From assembly GCA_001799565.1 (NCBI GenBank), contig MGTS01000021.1, positions 192,785-256,784 on the forward strand: a DNA stretch of 64,000 nt. Reading direction: 5' to 3'. The position numbers and the translations under genes were made by a program. Origin of the DNA: Elusimicrobia bacterium GWA2_51_34 (GTDB lineage Bacteria; Elusimicrobiota; Elusimicrobia; Elusimicrobiales; UBA9959). Below are positions 25,353 through 36,689 of this stretch, piece by piece (positions within the stretch are counted from its first letter, which is position 1; each line of letters opens with the position of its first letter). The notes under the pieces are model-generated. The model was given only the letters and a program-made list of their open reading frames with translations, was not told the origin of the DNA and ran no database searches.

Positions 25353-25483
25353 GAAATCCGGCAGACCAAACCCGACGCCCTATTTTATCACTTTTCCCTG
25401 TTCTTTTACCAAAATACCGCTAATCTGCAGGCAGTATAAGCAGTTTCCCCCCTTACCGCTGCCCTTTGCCCGCCTGGAAAAAA

Positions 25484-25512
25484 TTGCAAAAGCATTCCCC
25501 TAACGCTATAAT
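25484..25512 (+). promoter_or_regulatory. Near-consensus sigma70-type promoter (TTGCAA-17 nt-TATAAT)
   Basis: ttgcaaaagcattcccctaacgctataat. It lies about 95 nt upstream of the aminotransferase start at 25607. Confidence 0.6.
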
Positions 25513-25606
25513 ACAAAAGCGGGAGTGCTTTATATAATTTTGTAAAGGTCCCCGCACCGGACAGTTTTGCGCCGCTCAATTTATTTCGCATGATCATGGA
25601 GGTAAT

Positions 25607-27166
25607 ATGACATCTAAGCGCTGCATGGAGCAATTGAAGTATATCCGGAATTCCGCCGGACCGGCCTGCACCCGCGGCCTGGGCCCGGAGGTTATCCGGC
25701 ATTTCCTGACCGGAGACAAGGATCTTGCCAGGGCGATAGAGACCGCCGCGGTGAACCGCCGCAAGCTCTCAACCGACCATGAGGGATTATTCAAAATGGA
25801 AGAAAAAGCCCTCTGCCGGCTGCTGCAGCGGCAGGTGCTGAATTTCTATCCCGCTTCCGGCATCAACCCCTATGTACCCCTGGCGGCTGCAGGCTCCTGG
25901 ATCATCACCTCGCATGGCGCCGTGATCCACGATTCCGGCGGTTACGGTATGCTCGGCATGGGGCATGCTCCCCTGGGTGTTCTGGCGGCCATGAGCGAAC
26001 CCTTCGTAATGGCTAACGTTATGACGCCATCCTTCAGTCATCATCGCCTGACGGAGCGGCTCAGCAGGGAGATAGGCCGCGGACGCGGCAACTGCCCCTT
26101 TGAGAAATTCGTTTTCCTGAACAGCGGTTCCGAGGCCGTTACCTTCACTTGCCGGGTCGCGGACATCAACGCCCGCACGATTACCGATCCGGGGGGCTGG
26201 CACGCGGGAAAGAAGGTAATGCGCCTGGCGGTAGTGGAAGGCTTCCACGGACGCACCGAGGGGCCCGCGCGCCTCTCCCATTCCTGCCGTCCGCTCTATG
26301 CCAGACATCTGGCCTCCTTCCGGGATCCCGACAACCTTCTGTTCGTGCCCATTAATGACCTTGCAACCCTGCGCAGGACGTTCGCGGAGGCCAAAAAAAC
26401 AGGCGTCTTTTTCGAGGCGTTCTTTGTGGAACCGGTGATGGGAGAAGGCATTCCCGGGCTTGCCCTCACCCGCGAATACTATGACGAAGCACGGTCCCTG
26501 ACCCGGAAGATGGGGAGCCTGCTGATAGTGGATTCCATCCAGGCCGCTCTGCGCGCGCAGGGTTGTCTCAGTATCGTGGACTATCCGGGCTTTGAGACCT
26601 GCGTTCCTCCGGACATGGAAACGTTCTCCAAGGCCCTGAACGCGGGGCAGTTCCCCCTTTCCGTGATCGCTTTGAACGGCAAGGTGGCTGCACGTTATGT
26701 CACCGGTCTCTATGGAAACACCATGACCGGCAATCCCCGGGCCATGGAAGTGGGCTGCGCCGTCCTTGATGCCATTACCGACGAAGTCCGCAATAATATA
26801 CGCGAGCGGGGCCTGGAATTTATCTCCCGGCTCCGGGCGCTGACCGGGGAATTCCCGGGGGCTATAGAGCGGGTGGTGGGCACGGGCCTGATGGTGAGCG
26901 CGATGCTCAACCCCAAACGTTACCGCGTGCAGGGCGAGGGCGGATTTGAGGAATTCATGCGCGTCAACGGCATTGAGATGATCCACGGCGGAGAATGCGG
27001 GCTTCGCTTCACGCCTTCCTTCAGTATCACCAGCGCCGAGATCGGCCTCATCGTCTCCGTAGTCCGCAGAGGGTTGAAGGAACTGGCCTCCCCCTCAAAG
27101 AAGGCCCCCGCGGAGAAGGGAACGCGGTCCGCACGGGCGCGGGGCAGTAAACCCCGGCGGAGATAA
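25607..27166 (+). CDS. Class-III (acetylornithine/GABA-type) PLP aminotransferase with a basic C-terminal tail
   Basis: 519 aa with FLNSGSEA, DSIQ, and FSKALNAG (PLP Lys). GGAGGT RBS lies upstream. It is GC-rich, which creates a 399-aa antisense ORF. Confidence 0.8.
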   Translation: MTSKRCMEQLKYIRNSAGPACTRGLGPEVIRHFLTGDKDLARAIETAAVNRRKLSTDHEGLFKMEEKALCRLLQRQVLNFYPASGINPYVPLAAAGSWIITSHGAVIHDSGGYGMLGMGHAPLGVLAAMSEPFVMANVMTPSFSHHRLTERLSREIGRGRGNCPFEKFVFLNSGSEAVTFTCRVADINARTITDPGGWHAGKKVMRLAVVEGFHGRTEGPARLSHSCRPLYARHLASFRDPDNLLFVPINDLATLRRTFAEAKKTGVFFEAFFVEPVMGEGIPGLALTREYYDEARSLTRKMGSLLIVDSIQAALRAQGCLSIVDYPGFETCVPPDMETFSKALNAGQFPLSVIALNGKVAARYVTGLYGNTMTGNPRAMEVGCAVLDAITDEVRNNIRERGLEFISRLRALTGEFPGAIERVVGTGLMVSAMLNPKRYRVQGEGGFEEFMRVNGIEMIHGGECGLRFTPSFSITSAEIGLIVSVVRRGLKELASPSKKAPAEKGTRSARARGSKPRRR

Positions 27167-27269
27167 GGGAGCGGATGTAAACCGGAGATGGAACCTTAAA
27201 GTTCCGCGCTTAAAAGCTGCCCGGATATTATTGCCCGCTTGATCGGCACTGACTGCGTGACTGTTTTTA

Positions 27270-27575
27270 TTATTGCAGTCTCCTGTACCCCTGAATATTT
27301 ATCGGCAGTTTCTCATATGGTGACGTGCCTACAACCGGCTTTTCTTTAAGTAAATACAGTATTTCTTTAGCCTCCTCCGGCGTTAAAGGGTTAGGGACCA
27401 ACTTATCTTTTTTGGCACGACATTGCGCGAATCCGGCACTTTGGCAGGCGTAGCAGGATTCGTCAAGGTCCGTGGTATGAATAATTTTAAAACCGCAGCC
27501 GGACAGGAATGACAGCGCAATAAACAAAGGCATCAGGCAGCTACCGCCATATCTCCGCAATTTTAACGGTTGCAC
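27270..27575 (-). CDS. Small lipoprotein
   Basis: The signal peptide has a basic n-region and a lipobox (LSFLSGC). An alternative start is at 27533. Confidence 0.55.
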   Translation of the reverse strand: MQPLKLRRYGGSCLMPLFIALSFLSGCGFKIIHTTDLDESCYACQSAGFAQCRAKKDKLVPNPLTPEEAKEILYLLKEKPVVGTSPYEKLPINIQGYRRLQ

Positions 27576-27876
27576 TATTCCCCGTGAAAGATCCCGGCAG
27601 TCTTCCTTTACAAATACAGGCGCCGGGGAAGACGGCGCGCTGAAAAGAACCGCCGAGATTTTTAATCTTATGTTTTTTATAACTCCGCCTCGCCTATATT
27701 ATACGGGGCGCAGTTCTGGTCAGCCTCAAGAAGAACTCAAGTCTTGCTCAAGTGTATTTGGAAGAACGAAGCAGATGATTATCAGGTATCTGGCAGATGG
27801 CTGGCTTTTGGAAAAAGTGAGGTGCTGGTCCGGCTGAGAGCCATAGTCAGCCGGGTGACTAAAGGCTTGCGGCTAT

Positions 27877-29079
27877 TCAGTGGTTATGCGTTTGGCAGGC
27901 GTCTATGCCGAACAGCGGTTTGCCGTCGGCAAAAGGCGAGATGGCTCGCAGGCGTTCTATTATCGCCGGCATTTCTTTCAGTACGAAATCCACTTCTTCT
28001 CCGGTATTGTAGACGCTGAGCGAGAATCTTATGGAGCCCTGTGCGAAAGTATGCGGCACGCTCATGGACCTTATTACATGCGACGGCTCAAGCGAGCCGG
28101 AGGTGCAGGCCGAGCCTGAAGAGGCGCAAATTCCCTTTTCGCTCAGCATGATCAGGATAGATTCTCCTTCCACATATTCAAAGCTGATATTTACCGTATT
28201 AGGCAGACGTTCAGCCCCGCTGCCGTTTATCCTGATATTCTTTATGGCGGCGGCTAAGCCGGTTTCAAGGCGGTCGCGCAAGCCCTTAACATAGGTGTTT
28301 TCTTTCTTAAGGTTCGCGGCGGCAAGCTCGGCCGCCTTACCGAGGCCCACTATGTAGGGGACATTCTCGGTGCCGGCCCGGCGCCCGCTCTCCTGATGGC
28401 CGCCCATCATGAAGGGCATAAAACGGGAGCCTTTTTTAAGATAGAACGCGCCTATGCCCTTTGGCGCGTGTAATTTGTGCCCGGAAATGGAAAGCATATC
28501 TATTTTAGCGTCTTTGAGGTTGATGGGCACTTTCCCGGCCGCCTGAACGGCGTCGGTATGAAATAAAACGCCTTTGGCCCGGGTTATGCGGGCCGCTTCC
28601 TCCACCGGAAATATTACGCCTGTTTCATTGTTTGCCCACATCATTGAAACCAAAGCGGTATCGGGGGTAAGCGCGGTTTTTAAATCGTTTAAATCCAGCC
28701 TGCCGTGTTCATCCACGGGAAGCTGTGTTACGCGCCAGCCCTGGCTCTCAAGGAATTTTGCCACATTCATCACCGCCGGGTGCTCAACTTTTGTGGTTAT
28801 GATGTGTTTTTTATCGGGGAAAGCGCGGGCGGCCGACCAAAGCGCGGTGGAATCCGACTCTGTGCCGCAGCTGGTAAAAATTATTTCCTCAGGCGAAGCG
28901 CCAAGAAGGGCAGCCACACGCTCGCGGGCCAGGTCAAGGTGCCCCTGCACCCCGCCGCCGAAAAAGTGCATACTTGAGGGGTTGCCGTATAACTCGCCGA
29001 AGAAGGGCCTCATTTCTTCCGTCACTTCCGGCGCCACGCGGCTGGTAGCGTTGTTGTCAAAATAATAAATCTTATCCAT
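27877..29079 (-). CDS. nifS: Cysteine desulfurase, NifS type
   Basis: It has PLP-Lys SGHKLHAPKG and catalytic Cys SSGSACTSG. I chose the start at 29079 (MDKIYYFDNN) because it has a GAGAGGA RBS. The longer ORF-track start lies inside the intergenic palindrome. Confidence 0.92.
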   Translation of the reverse strand: MDKIYYFDNNATSRVAPEVTEEMRPFFGELYGNPSSMHFFGGGVQGHLDLARERVAALLGASPEEIIFTSCGTESDSTALWSAARAFPDKKHIITTKVEHPAVMNVAKFLESQGWRVTQLPVDEHGRLDLNDLKTALTPDTALVSMMWANNETGVIFPVEEAARITRAKGVLFHTDAVQAAGKVPINLKDAKIDMLSISGHKLHAPKGIGAFYLKKGSRFMPFMMGGHQESGRRAGTENVPYIVGLGKAAELAAANLKKENTYVKGLRDRLETGLAAAIKNIRINGSGAERLPNTVNISFEYVEGESILIMLSEKGICASSGSACTSGSLEPSHVIRSMSVPHTFAQGSIRFSLSVYNTGEEVDFVLKEMPAIIERLRAISPFADGKPLFGIDACQTHNH

Positions 29080-29093
29080 AAAACATCCTCTCG

Positions 29094-29180
29094 CTTGCTG
29101 GTAGGCTAGTATGCTGGTATGCTTTCTGTGGAGTTCCTGAATTAGGCCTACAGGCATACACGCCTACTAGCCTACTCGCC
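29094..29180. repeat. Intergenic imperfect palindrome, word GGTAGGC/GCCTAC
   Basis: Left arm is gcttgctggtaggctagtatgctggtatgc and right arm is gcctacaggcatacacgcctactagcctactcgcc, in the nifU/nifS spacer. Confidence 0.8.
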
Positions 29181-29182
29181 GG

Positions 29183-30016
29183 CTATTGCGCTTCCACTTC
29201 CAGCGTCGGATCTATTTTTTCCCTGAATTCTTTTTCAACCACATTTTTCAGGGTGAGCGCGGAAGACGGGCAGCCCGCGCACATGCCCAGGAAACGCAAC
29301 ACAACCGTTTTGCCGCGCACATCCACCAGTTCTATCCAGCCTCCGTCGGCTTTCAGCCTGGGGTTTATGTCTTCGGACAATACTTTTTCAAGCATTTTTA
29401 TCTTTTCCACCACGGTCATTTTTTCAAAGCTCTTATGCTCAACCTGTGCCCAGTAATCCTTTATTATCTTTTCTATCTCACCCACGCACTGACGGCAGCC
29501 GCCGCCGGCTTTGGTGAAATTGGCAACCTCTTCAACGGTATGCAGCTTGTTTTCTTTTATCGCCTTTAGAATTTTGGCCTCGGTAACGCTGAAACACTTG
29601 CACACAATGCGTTCACCCGCGCCGACAATCACTTTTTCCTGCTTGCCGCCTTTATAGCTTTTTATGGCGGCCTCAAGAGCCTCCATCCCCATTACGGAAC
29701 AATGCATTTTTTGGCTTGGAAGCCCGCCAAGGAATTCGACTATATGCTGGTTGGTTATTTTTGAGGCGGCTTCAAGGGTTATGCCCTTTAGCATTTCGGT
29801 AAGGGCCGAGGAAGAGGCGATGGCGCTGGCGCAGCCGAATGTTTTAAACTTCGCGTCCAGTATCTTTTCAGTGCCTTTTTCCACTTTAAGGGTAAGCTTA
29901 AGGGCATCGCCGCAGATTATGCTGCCCACCTCGCCCACAGCGTCGGGTTTTTCCACCTCGCCCACATTGCGGGGGTTTTTAAAGTATTCATAAACTTTTT
30001 CAGTATAATTCCACAT
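29183..30016 (-). CDS. nifU: Three-domain NifU Fe-S cluster scaffold
   Basis: 277 aa with an IscU-like N-terminus (CGDALKL, FGCASAIASS), a central BFD-like CKCF...CRQC domain, and a C-terminal Nfu domain GMCAGCPSS. Confidence 0.92.
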   Translation of the reverse strand: MWNYTEKVYEYFKNPRNVGEVEKPDAVGEVGSIICGDALKLTLKVEKGTEKILDAKFKTFGCASAIASSSALTEMLKGITLEAASKITNQHIVEFLGGLPSQKMHCSVMGMEALEAAIKSYKGGKQEKVIVGAGERIVCKCFSVTEAKILKAIKENKLHTVEEVANFTKAGGGCRQCVGEIEKIIKDYWAQVEHKSFEKMTVVEKIKMLEKVLSEDINPRLKADGGWIELVDVRGKTVVLRFLGMCAGCPSSALTLKNVVEKEFREKIDPTLEVEAQ

Positions 30017-30026
30017 ATTTTACCTC

Positions 30027-30083
30027 TGGCCTATGGTTGCGCCGTATCTGGCCTATGGGCGATGCCCATCAGACGGCCTAGCC
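30027..30083. repeat. Dispersed copy of the GCCTATGGCTGTGCCGTA... 46-bp unit
   Basis: tggcctatggttgcgccgtatctggcctatgggcgatgcccatcagacggcctagcc resembles the units at 30876-31033 and 37055-37100. Confidence 0.7.
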
Positions 30084-30132
30084 TTCCAACCCTTGTAACT
30101 GATTTTATTAAATACCGGGACCCCGTTCAACA

Positions 30133-30214
30133 AATAGAATATGAATGTAGAACGCAGAAAATACCGGGATTTTATATTATCCCATGTTCTATCTTCTGCA
30201 TTCTATATTCTATT
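30133..30214. repeat. Intergenic imperfect palindrome, AT-rich word AATAGAATAT
   Basis: The left arm aatagaatatgaatgtagaacgcagaaaataccggga pairs with the reverse complement of tcccatgttctatcttctgcattctatattctatt. Confidence 0.75.
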
Positions 30215-30222
30215 CTCGTTCA

Positions 30223-30852
30223 CTAGCCAAATTCTTTCTTTATCTCTTCACTTTCAAATTTTCTGGCAAGCCAGAAAAAAAGCGCCGTCCCAAAACCGCA
30301 AAAAATCTGAAGCACTAATCTGGCCGCTGTAACCGCCGCGTTAAACTCAGGCGCAAGCGATACCCCCTGATAAAACAAAGGTTTAGGCACGAACAGTTCA
30401 GGAAACAGGAAAATAAGAAATAAAGTCGCCGCGCCGATGTAAAGCAATGGAACAAAACCGCCGCGCCCCCATTTAGCGCGCCTCAAAACTCCAAACCCGA
30501 TCGCCGTAACGGAAAGCCACATTATCAGGGAAAAAAAGAAAAATCCCCGGGTGTGCAGCGCTAGAAAAACGACGGCCGGGGGCGTTCCCGCCGGCACAAC
30601 AGCATTCTCCATGGAAAGCTGGAAAACGGGCGAGGAAAACATTGACATAAATATCAAATTAGACATGGCGAAAAAAAAGCTCAGAAAACCGCCTATCACA
30701 AGAGTCAAAACGGCGATTAGAGTTACAAAACGGCTTCTTTTGTTCCCACCCGCGTTGGGACAGGCTGGCGTTATCCCACCACCTGTCCGCCTAAGGCGGA
30801 CAGGTGGTGGGATTGTTTTTTCAGTTTCACCCGGATCTTCCATCAATTCCAT
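30223..30852 (-). CDS. Polytopic membrane protein of unknown function
   Basis: About 5 TM segments. The N-terminal cytoplasmic tail (..IPPPVRLRRTGGGI..) is encoded by the 37-nt palindrome at 30775-30811. The start is either 30852 or 30843. Confidence 0.6.
   Translation of the reverse strand: MELMEDPGETEKTIPPPVRLRRTGGGITPACPNAGGNKRSRFVTLIAVLTLVIGGFLSFFFAMSNLIFMSMFSSPVFQLSMENAVVPAGTPPAVVFLALHTRGFFFFSLIMWLSVTAIGFGVLRRAKWGRGGFVPLLYIGAATLFLIFLFPELFVPKPLFYQGVSLAPEFNAAVTAARLVLQIFCGFGTALFFWLARKFESEEIKKEFG
30775..30811. repeat. H2 hairpin element, long perfect form: CCCACCACCTGTCCGCC-taa-GGCGGACAGGTGGTGGG
   Basis: 17-bp perfect arms. The core CCGCCTAAGGCGG recurs at 45154-45176 and 45880-45894. This copy lies inside the CDS. 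Confidence 0.85.
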
Positions 30853-30875
30853 TGCCTCCCCCGATAAAAATTTAC

Positions 30876-31033
30876 TAGCCTATGGCTGTGCCGTAACAGG
30901 AGCTATGCTCATCAGACGGCCTAGCCTATGGCTGTGCCGTAACAGGGGCTATGCCTATCAGACGGCCTGGCCTATGCCCCGCACTTTTTCCTCAAACGGG
31001 CCAAAGTGCGGGGCTATGGCTGTGCCGTAACCA
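30876..31033. repeat. Tandem array of a 46-bp unit (2 full units plus a third interrupted by an H1 hairpin)
   Basis: Units start at 30876, 30922 and 30968 (TAGCCTATGGCTGTGCCGTAACAGGRGCTATGCYYATCAGACGGCC). The third resumes after the insertion as ctatggctgtgccgtaaccag. Confidence 0.85.
30977..31013. mobile_element. H1 hairpin element (MITE-like) inserted in the third 46-bp unit with a 5-bp duplication CTATG
   Basis: gcCTATG[ccccgcactttttcctcaaacgggccaaagtgcgggg]CTATGgctgtgcc compares with the uninterrupted gcctatggctgtgcc in the two preceding units. Confidence 0.7.
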
Positions 31034-31054
31034 GTATTCAGGAGAAATTAATTT

Positions 31055-31465
31055 ATGCCGGTAAAACTTATAAGACAATACACCGTTTTTATACCCAACA
31101 TCCCAGGCGCGCTCAGCAAGTTTGTAGAGCTATTCGCCAAGGAAGGCGTAAATATTATAGGAATAGCCTCCGAAATACGCGATGATTCCGGAGTGGTACG
31201 CATAGCGATAGACGCGGACCGCAAGTTAAGCCATGTTCTTACCGGCGCCGGCTTTACCACCATAGAAACCTCACTGATTTCCCTGGAACTGCCTGATAAA
31301 CCCGGCCAATTGCTGCGCCTTACAATGATCCTGGGCGCGAACAATATAAACATCACCACCGTTTATGGCACTTCGGTCGGCGGGGCGGCCGGACGCCTGC
31401 TTCTGAATGTTTCTGACGGGGAAAAAGCGCTGGATGTGCTTAAAGCTGAACTGGAGCTGAAATAG
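31055..31465 (+). CDS. Tandem ACT-domain protein
   Basis: 136 aa with two repeats of the pattern ...GALSKFVELFAKEGVNIIGIAS... / ...PGQLLRLTMILGANNINITTVYG... Confidence 0.7.
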   Translation: MPVKLIRQYTVFIPNIPGALSKFVELFAKEGVNIIGIASEIRDDSGVVRIAIDADRKLSHVLTGAGFTTIETSLISLELPDKPGQLLRLTMILGANNINITTVYGTSVGGAAGRLLLNVSDGEKALDVLKAELELK

Positions 31466-31466
31466 T

Positions 31467-31556
31467 GTAGAGTTAAAGAGTTTTAGAGTCAGGCGTTTGG
31501 GAGTTAAGAGTTTAAAATCTTATAACTCACAACTCCCTGACTCCCGACTCTAAACT
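31467..31556. repeat. Intergenic imperfect palindrome, word GAGTY/RACTC
   Basis: Left arm is gtagagttaaagagttttagagtcaggcgtttgggagttaagag and right arm is ctcacaactccctgactcccgactctaaacttc. It lies between convergent ACT and gyrA genes. Confidence 0.8.
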
Positions 31557-31561
31557 TCTTC

Positions 31562-34066
31562 TTACTTTTTACCTTCCGCTGGCGCTTCCGGTGCGCCATC
31601 GTCTATCACCGGTTCAACGGAGGCTATTTTGTCGCCCTCTTCAAGCCGGACCAGGCGGACGCCCTGGGTGTTCCTGGAAATAGCGCGGATATCCTTGCAG
31701 GACATGCGGATAATCTTGCCTTTTTCCGTCATCAACATCAGGTGGTCATCGTCTTCCACAAGATAAATTCCAATGCCCGCGCCATTGCGGTCGTTGGCTT
31801 TAATGGTGATAACTCCGGAGCCGCCGCGGTGCTGGTTGCGATACTCGTCAAGCTTGGTGCGCTTGCCGTAGCCGTTCGCGCATACCGTTAGAAGGGTTTT
31901 TTTGGTTTTCGGTTCCGCCACTTCCATGCCTACCACAATATCTTCCTTGTCAAGGCGTATACCGCGGACCCCCATGGCGTTACGCCCCATGGAGCGCACA
32001 TCCGATTCGTTGAAACGGATAGACATACCTTCCCTGGTGCCGATGATAATTTCATATTTACCGTCGGTGTGGCCGACGCTGGTAAGAATGTCTCCGTCTT
32101 CAAGGCCTATGGCGATAATGCCAGAGTTGCGGATATTAGCGAAGTCTTCAATAGGGGTTTTCTTTATGTTCCCCTGGCGGGTGCACATAACGATATAGCT
32201 TTCTTTTCCCCTGGCCTCTTCAAAAGATTCCACCGCAAGCACAGAGGTAACCTTTTCGTCTTTTATCTGCAGAAGATTTACTATGGCTTTGCCGCGCGAG
32301 GTACGGTTTCCCTCCGGTATTTCATAGCCTTTAAGGGCGTATACTTTGCCGCGCGTGGTGAACATCAGAATGGTGGCGTGGCTTGAGGTGACAAAGAGTT
32401 TTTCAATAAAATCCTCCTCCCTGACCTCGGAGCCTATAATGCCTTTACCGCCGCGGCCCTGCACCTTGTAGGTATCGGCGGGGATGCGCTTTATGTAGCC
32501 GCCGTGCGAGAGCGTTATAACCACCTTTTCTTCCGGGATGAGGTCCTCAATATCAAGTTCCGCGGCCTCGCCTGTTATATCTGTTTTTCGCTTGTCTCCG
32601 TATTTTTCTTTAAGCTCTTTAAGCTCGGCAATTATTATCTGCAGCACTTTCTGGGGGTCGGCAAGTATCGCGCGCAATTCCCCGATAAGTTTCATAAGGG
32701 CTTTATGCTCTTCCTCAATGGCGCCAACTTCAAGGCGGGTAAGCTGGTGCAGGCGCATGTCAAGAATGGCCTGCGCCTGGATGTCAGAGAGGGAGAACTG
32801 GCTCATCAATTTCTGCTTGGCGTCAAGCGCGTCTTTCGCCTTTTTGATTATGGCCACCACGGCGTCAATATTGCGCATGGCTATCAGATAGCCTTCAAGG
32901 ATATGGGCGCGCCGAAGAGCTTTGTTCAAATCGAACTTGGTGCGGTTAACGACCATAAGCTGGCGGTGCCTGATATAATGCCGTATAACTTCTTTAAGCG
33001 GCAGCACACGGGGCCTGCCGTCTACGATGGCAAGCATGATGACCCCGAAAGAGGTATGCATCTGAGTATGCTTGTAAAGCTGGTTAAGCACCACCTGGGC
33101 GTTGCCGTCGCGCTTTATTTCTATATATATGCGCATGCCACGACGGTCCGACTCATCGCGTATATCCGAGATATCGGGTATCTTTTTTTCTTTTACCAGC
33201 TCGGCTATGGACTCAATGAGATTCGCCTTGTTCACCTGATAGGGGATTTCAGTTACTATGATGGCTTCCCTGTTGCCTTTCAATTCCTCTATTTCAGCCC
33301 GGGCCTGGGTTTGAATGGAGCCGCGGCCTGTTTCAAAATAATCCCTTATCCCCGCTCTGCCGCGTATAATACCGCCTGTCGGAAAATCGGGTCCCTTGAT
33401 TATTTTCATCAGGTCTTTAGTCCCGATATCTGGGTTCTCTATCACGGCCATGGTGGCGTCGCAGACCTCGGAAAGGTTATGGGTGGGAATATTGGTGGCC
33501 ATGCCTACCGCTATGCCGGAAGAGCCGTTTACAAGAAGGTTAGGGAGTTTGGCGGGTAAAACGCTGGGTTCGGTAAGCGAACCGTCGTAGTTGGGGGTAA
33601 ATTTTACCGTTCCTTTTTCGATATCAGCCAGAAGCTCGCCGGCTATACCCGAAAGCCTGGCCTCTGTGTAACGCATGGCGGCCGCGGGGTCGCCGTCCAC
33701 CGAACCGAAGTTCCCCTGCCCGTCCACCAATATATAACGAAGTGAAAAATCCTGCGCCATACGGACAAGTGTGTCGTAAATTGCGGAATCGCCGTGCGGG
33801 TGATATTTTCCCATCACATCGCCCACTATGCGGGCGGACTTTTTAAATGGCTTGTTGTGCTGGAGACCCATGTCTTCCATGGTGTAAAGCACGCGTCGAT
33901 GCACCGGCTTTAACCCGTCGCGTACATCGGGGAGCGCACGGCCCACTATAACGCTCATGGAGTATTCAATATACGAGGACTTCATTTCCTCGCTTATATC
34001 GCGATCCACAATATTCACAAAAAGATTTTCAGGATTTTTCGGCGTAGTGTCTTTGGGTTCTGTCAT
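31562..34066 (-). CDS. gyrA: DNA gyrase subunit A
   Basis: 834 aa with [10 protein letters not shown] (catalytic Tyr region), HPHGD, and C-terminal beta-pinwheel repeats. Confidence 0.97.
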   Translation of the reverse strand: MTEPKDTTPKNPENLFVNIVDRDISEEMKSSYIEYSMSVIVGRALPDVRDGLKPVHRRVLYTMEDMGLQHNKPFKKSARIVGDVMGKYHPHGDSAIYDTLVRMAQDFSLRYILVDGQGNFGSVDGDPAAAMRYTEARLSGIAGELLADIEKGTVKFTPNYDGSLTEPSVLPAKLPNLLVNGSSGIAVGMATNIPTHNLSEVCDATMAVIENPDIGTKDLMKIIKGPDFPTGGIIRGRAGIRDYFETGRGSIQTQARAEIEELKGNREAIIVTEIPYQVNKANLIESIAELVKEKKIPDISDIRDESDRRGMRIYIEIKRDGNAQVVLNQLYKHTQMHTSFGVIMLAIVDGRPRVLPLKEVIRHYIRHRQLMVVNRTKFDLNKALRRAHILEGYLIAMRNIDAVVAIIKKAKDALDAKQKLMSQFSLSDIQAQAILDMRLHQLTRLEVGAIEEEHKALMKLIGELRAILADPQKVLQIIIAELKELKEKYGDKRKTDITGEAAELDIEDLIPEEKVVITLSHGGYIKRIPADTYKVQGRGGKGIIGSEVREEDFIEKLFVTSSHATILMFTTRGKVYALKGYEIPEGNRTSRGKAIVNLLQIKDEKVTSVLAVESFEEARGKESYIVMCTRQGNIKKTPIEDFANIRNSGIIAIGLEDGDILTSVGHTDGKYEIIIGTREGMSIRFNESDVRSMGRNAMGVRGIRLDKEDIVVGMEVAEPKTKKTLLTVCANGYGKRTKLDEYRNQHRGGSGVITIKANDRNGAGIGIYLVEDDDHLMLMTEKGKIIRMSCKDIRAISRNTQGVRLVRLEEGDKIASVEPVIDDGAPEAPAEGKK

Positions 34067-34090
34067 TTAAATTACTCCTTAAAAATTATA

Positions 34091-34187
34091 GCCACAGAAA
34101 GCAACGGAAGGCGATAAAAGGCAACAGAAGGGAAGAAGCTTCTTACTTTTCTTTGCGTTCCGTATCTTTCACTGGCTTTCCTTTGCA
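34091..34187. repeat. Intergenic imperfect palindrome, purine/pyrimidine arms
   Basis: Left arm is cacagaaagcaacggaaggcgataaaaggcaacagaagggaagaagc and right arm is gcttcttacttttctttgcgttccgtatctttcactggctttcctttg, in the gyrB/gyrA spacer. Confidence 0.8.

Positions 34188-36689
<2,502 letters not shown>

Noticed and set aside
25787-26986. 399-aa minus-strand ORF
   Set aside because: It lies entirely antisense to the well-supported class-III aminotransferase. Its composition is low-complexity and Gly/Ala/Arg/His-rich, typical of a stop-free antisense frame in GC-rich DNA.
27740-27860. SRP (4.5S) RNA
   Set aside because: Only short word matches occur (gcagatga, ctggcag). I could not build the conserved domain IV helix with a GNRA loop. 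It is left as a low-interest finding rather than a feature.
30876-31033. Possible CRISPR array, suggested by regularly spaced 46-bp repeats
   Set aside because: The units are contiguous with no unique spacers between them and are internally sub-repetitive. One unit is interrupted by a hairpin element, and no cas genes are present in the window.
32504-33559. 351-aa plus-strand ORF
   Set aside because: It is antisense to gyrA and has no recognisable motifs. The same reasoning rejects 35520-35927 and 35836-36177, which are antisense to gyrB.
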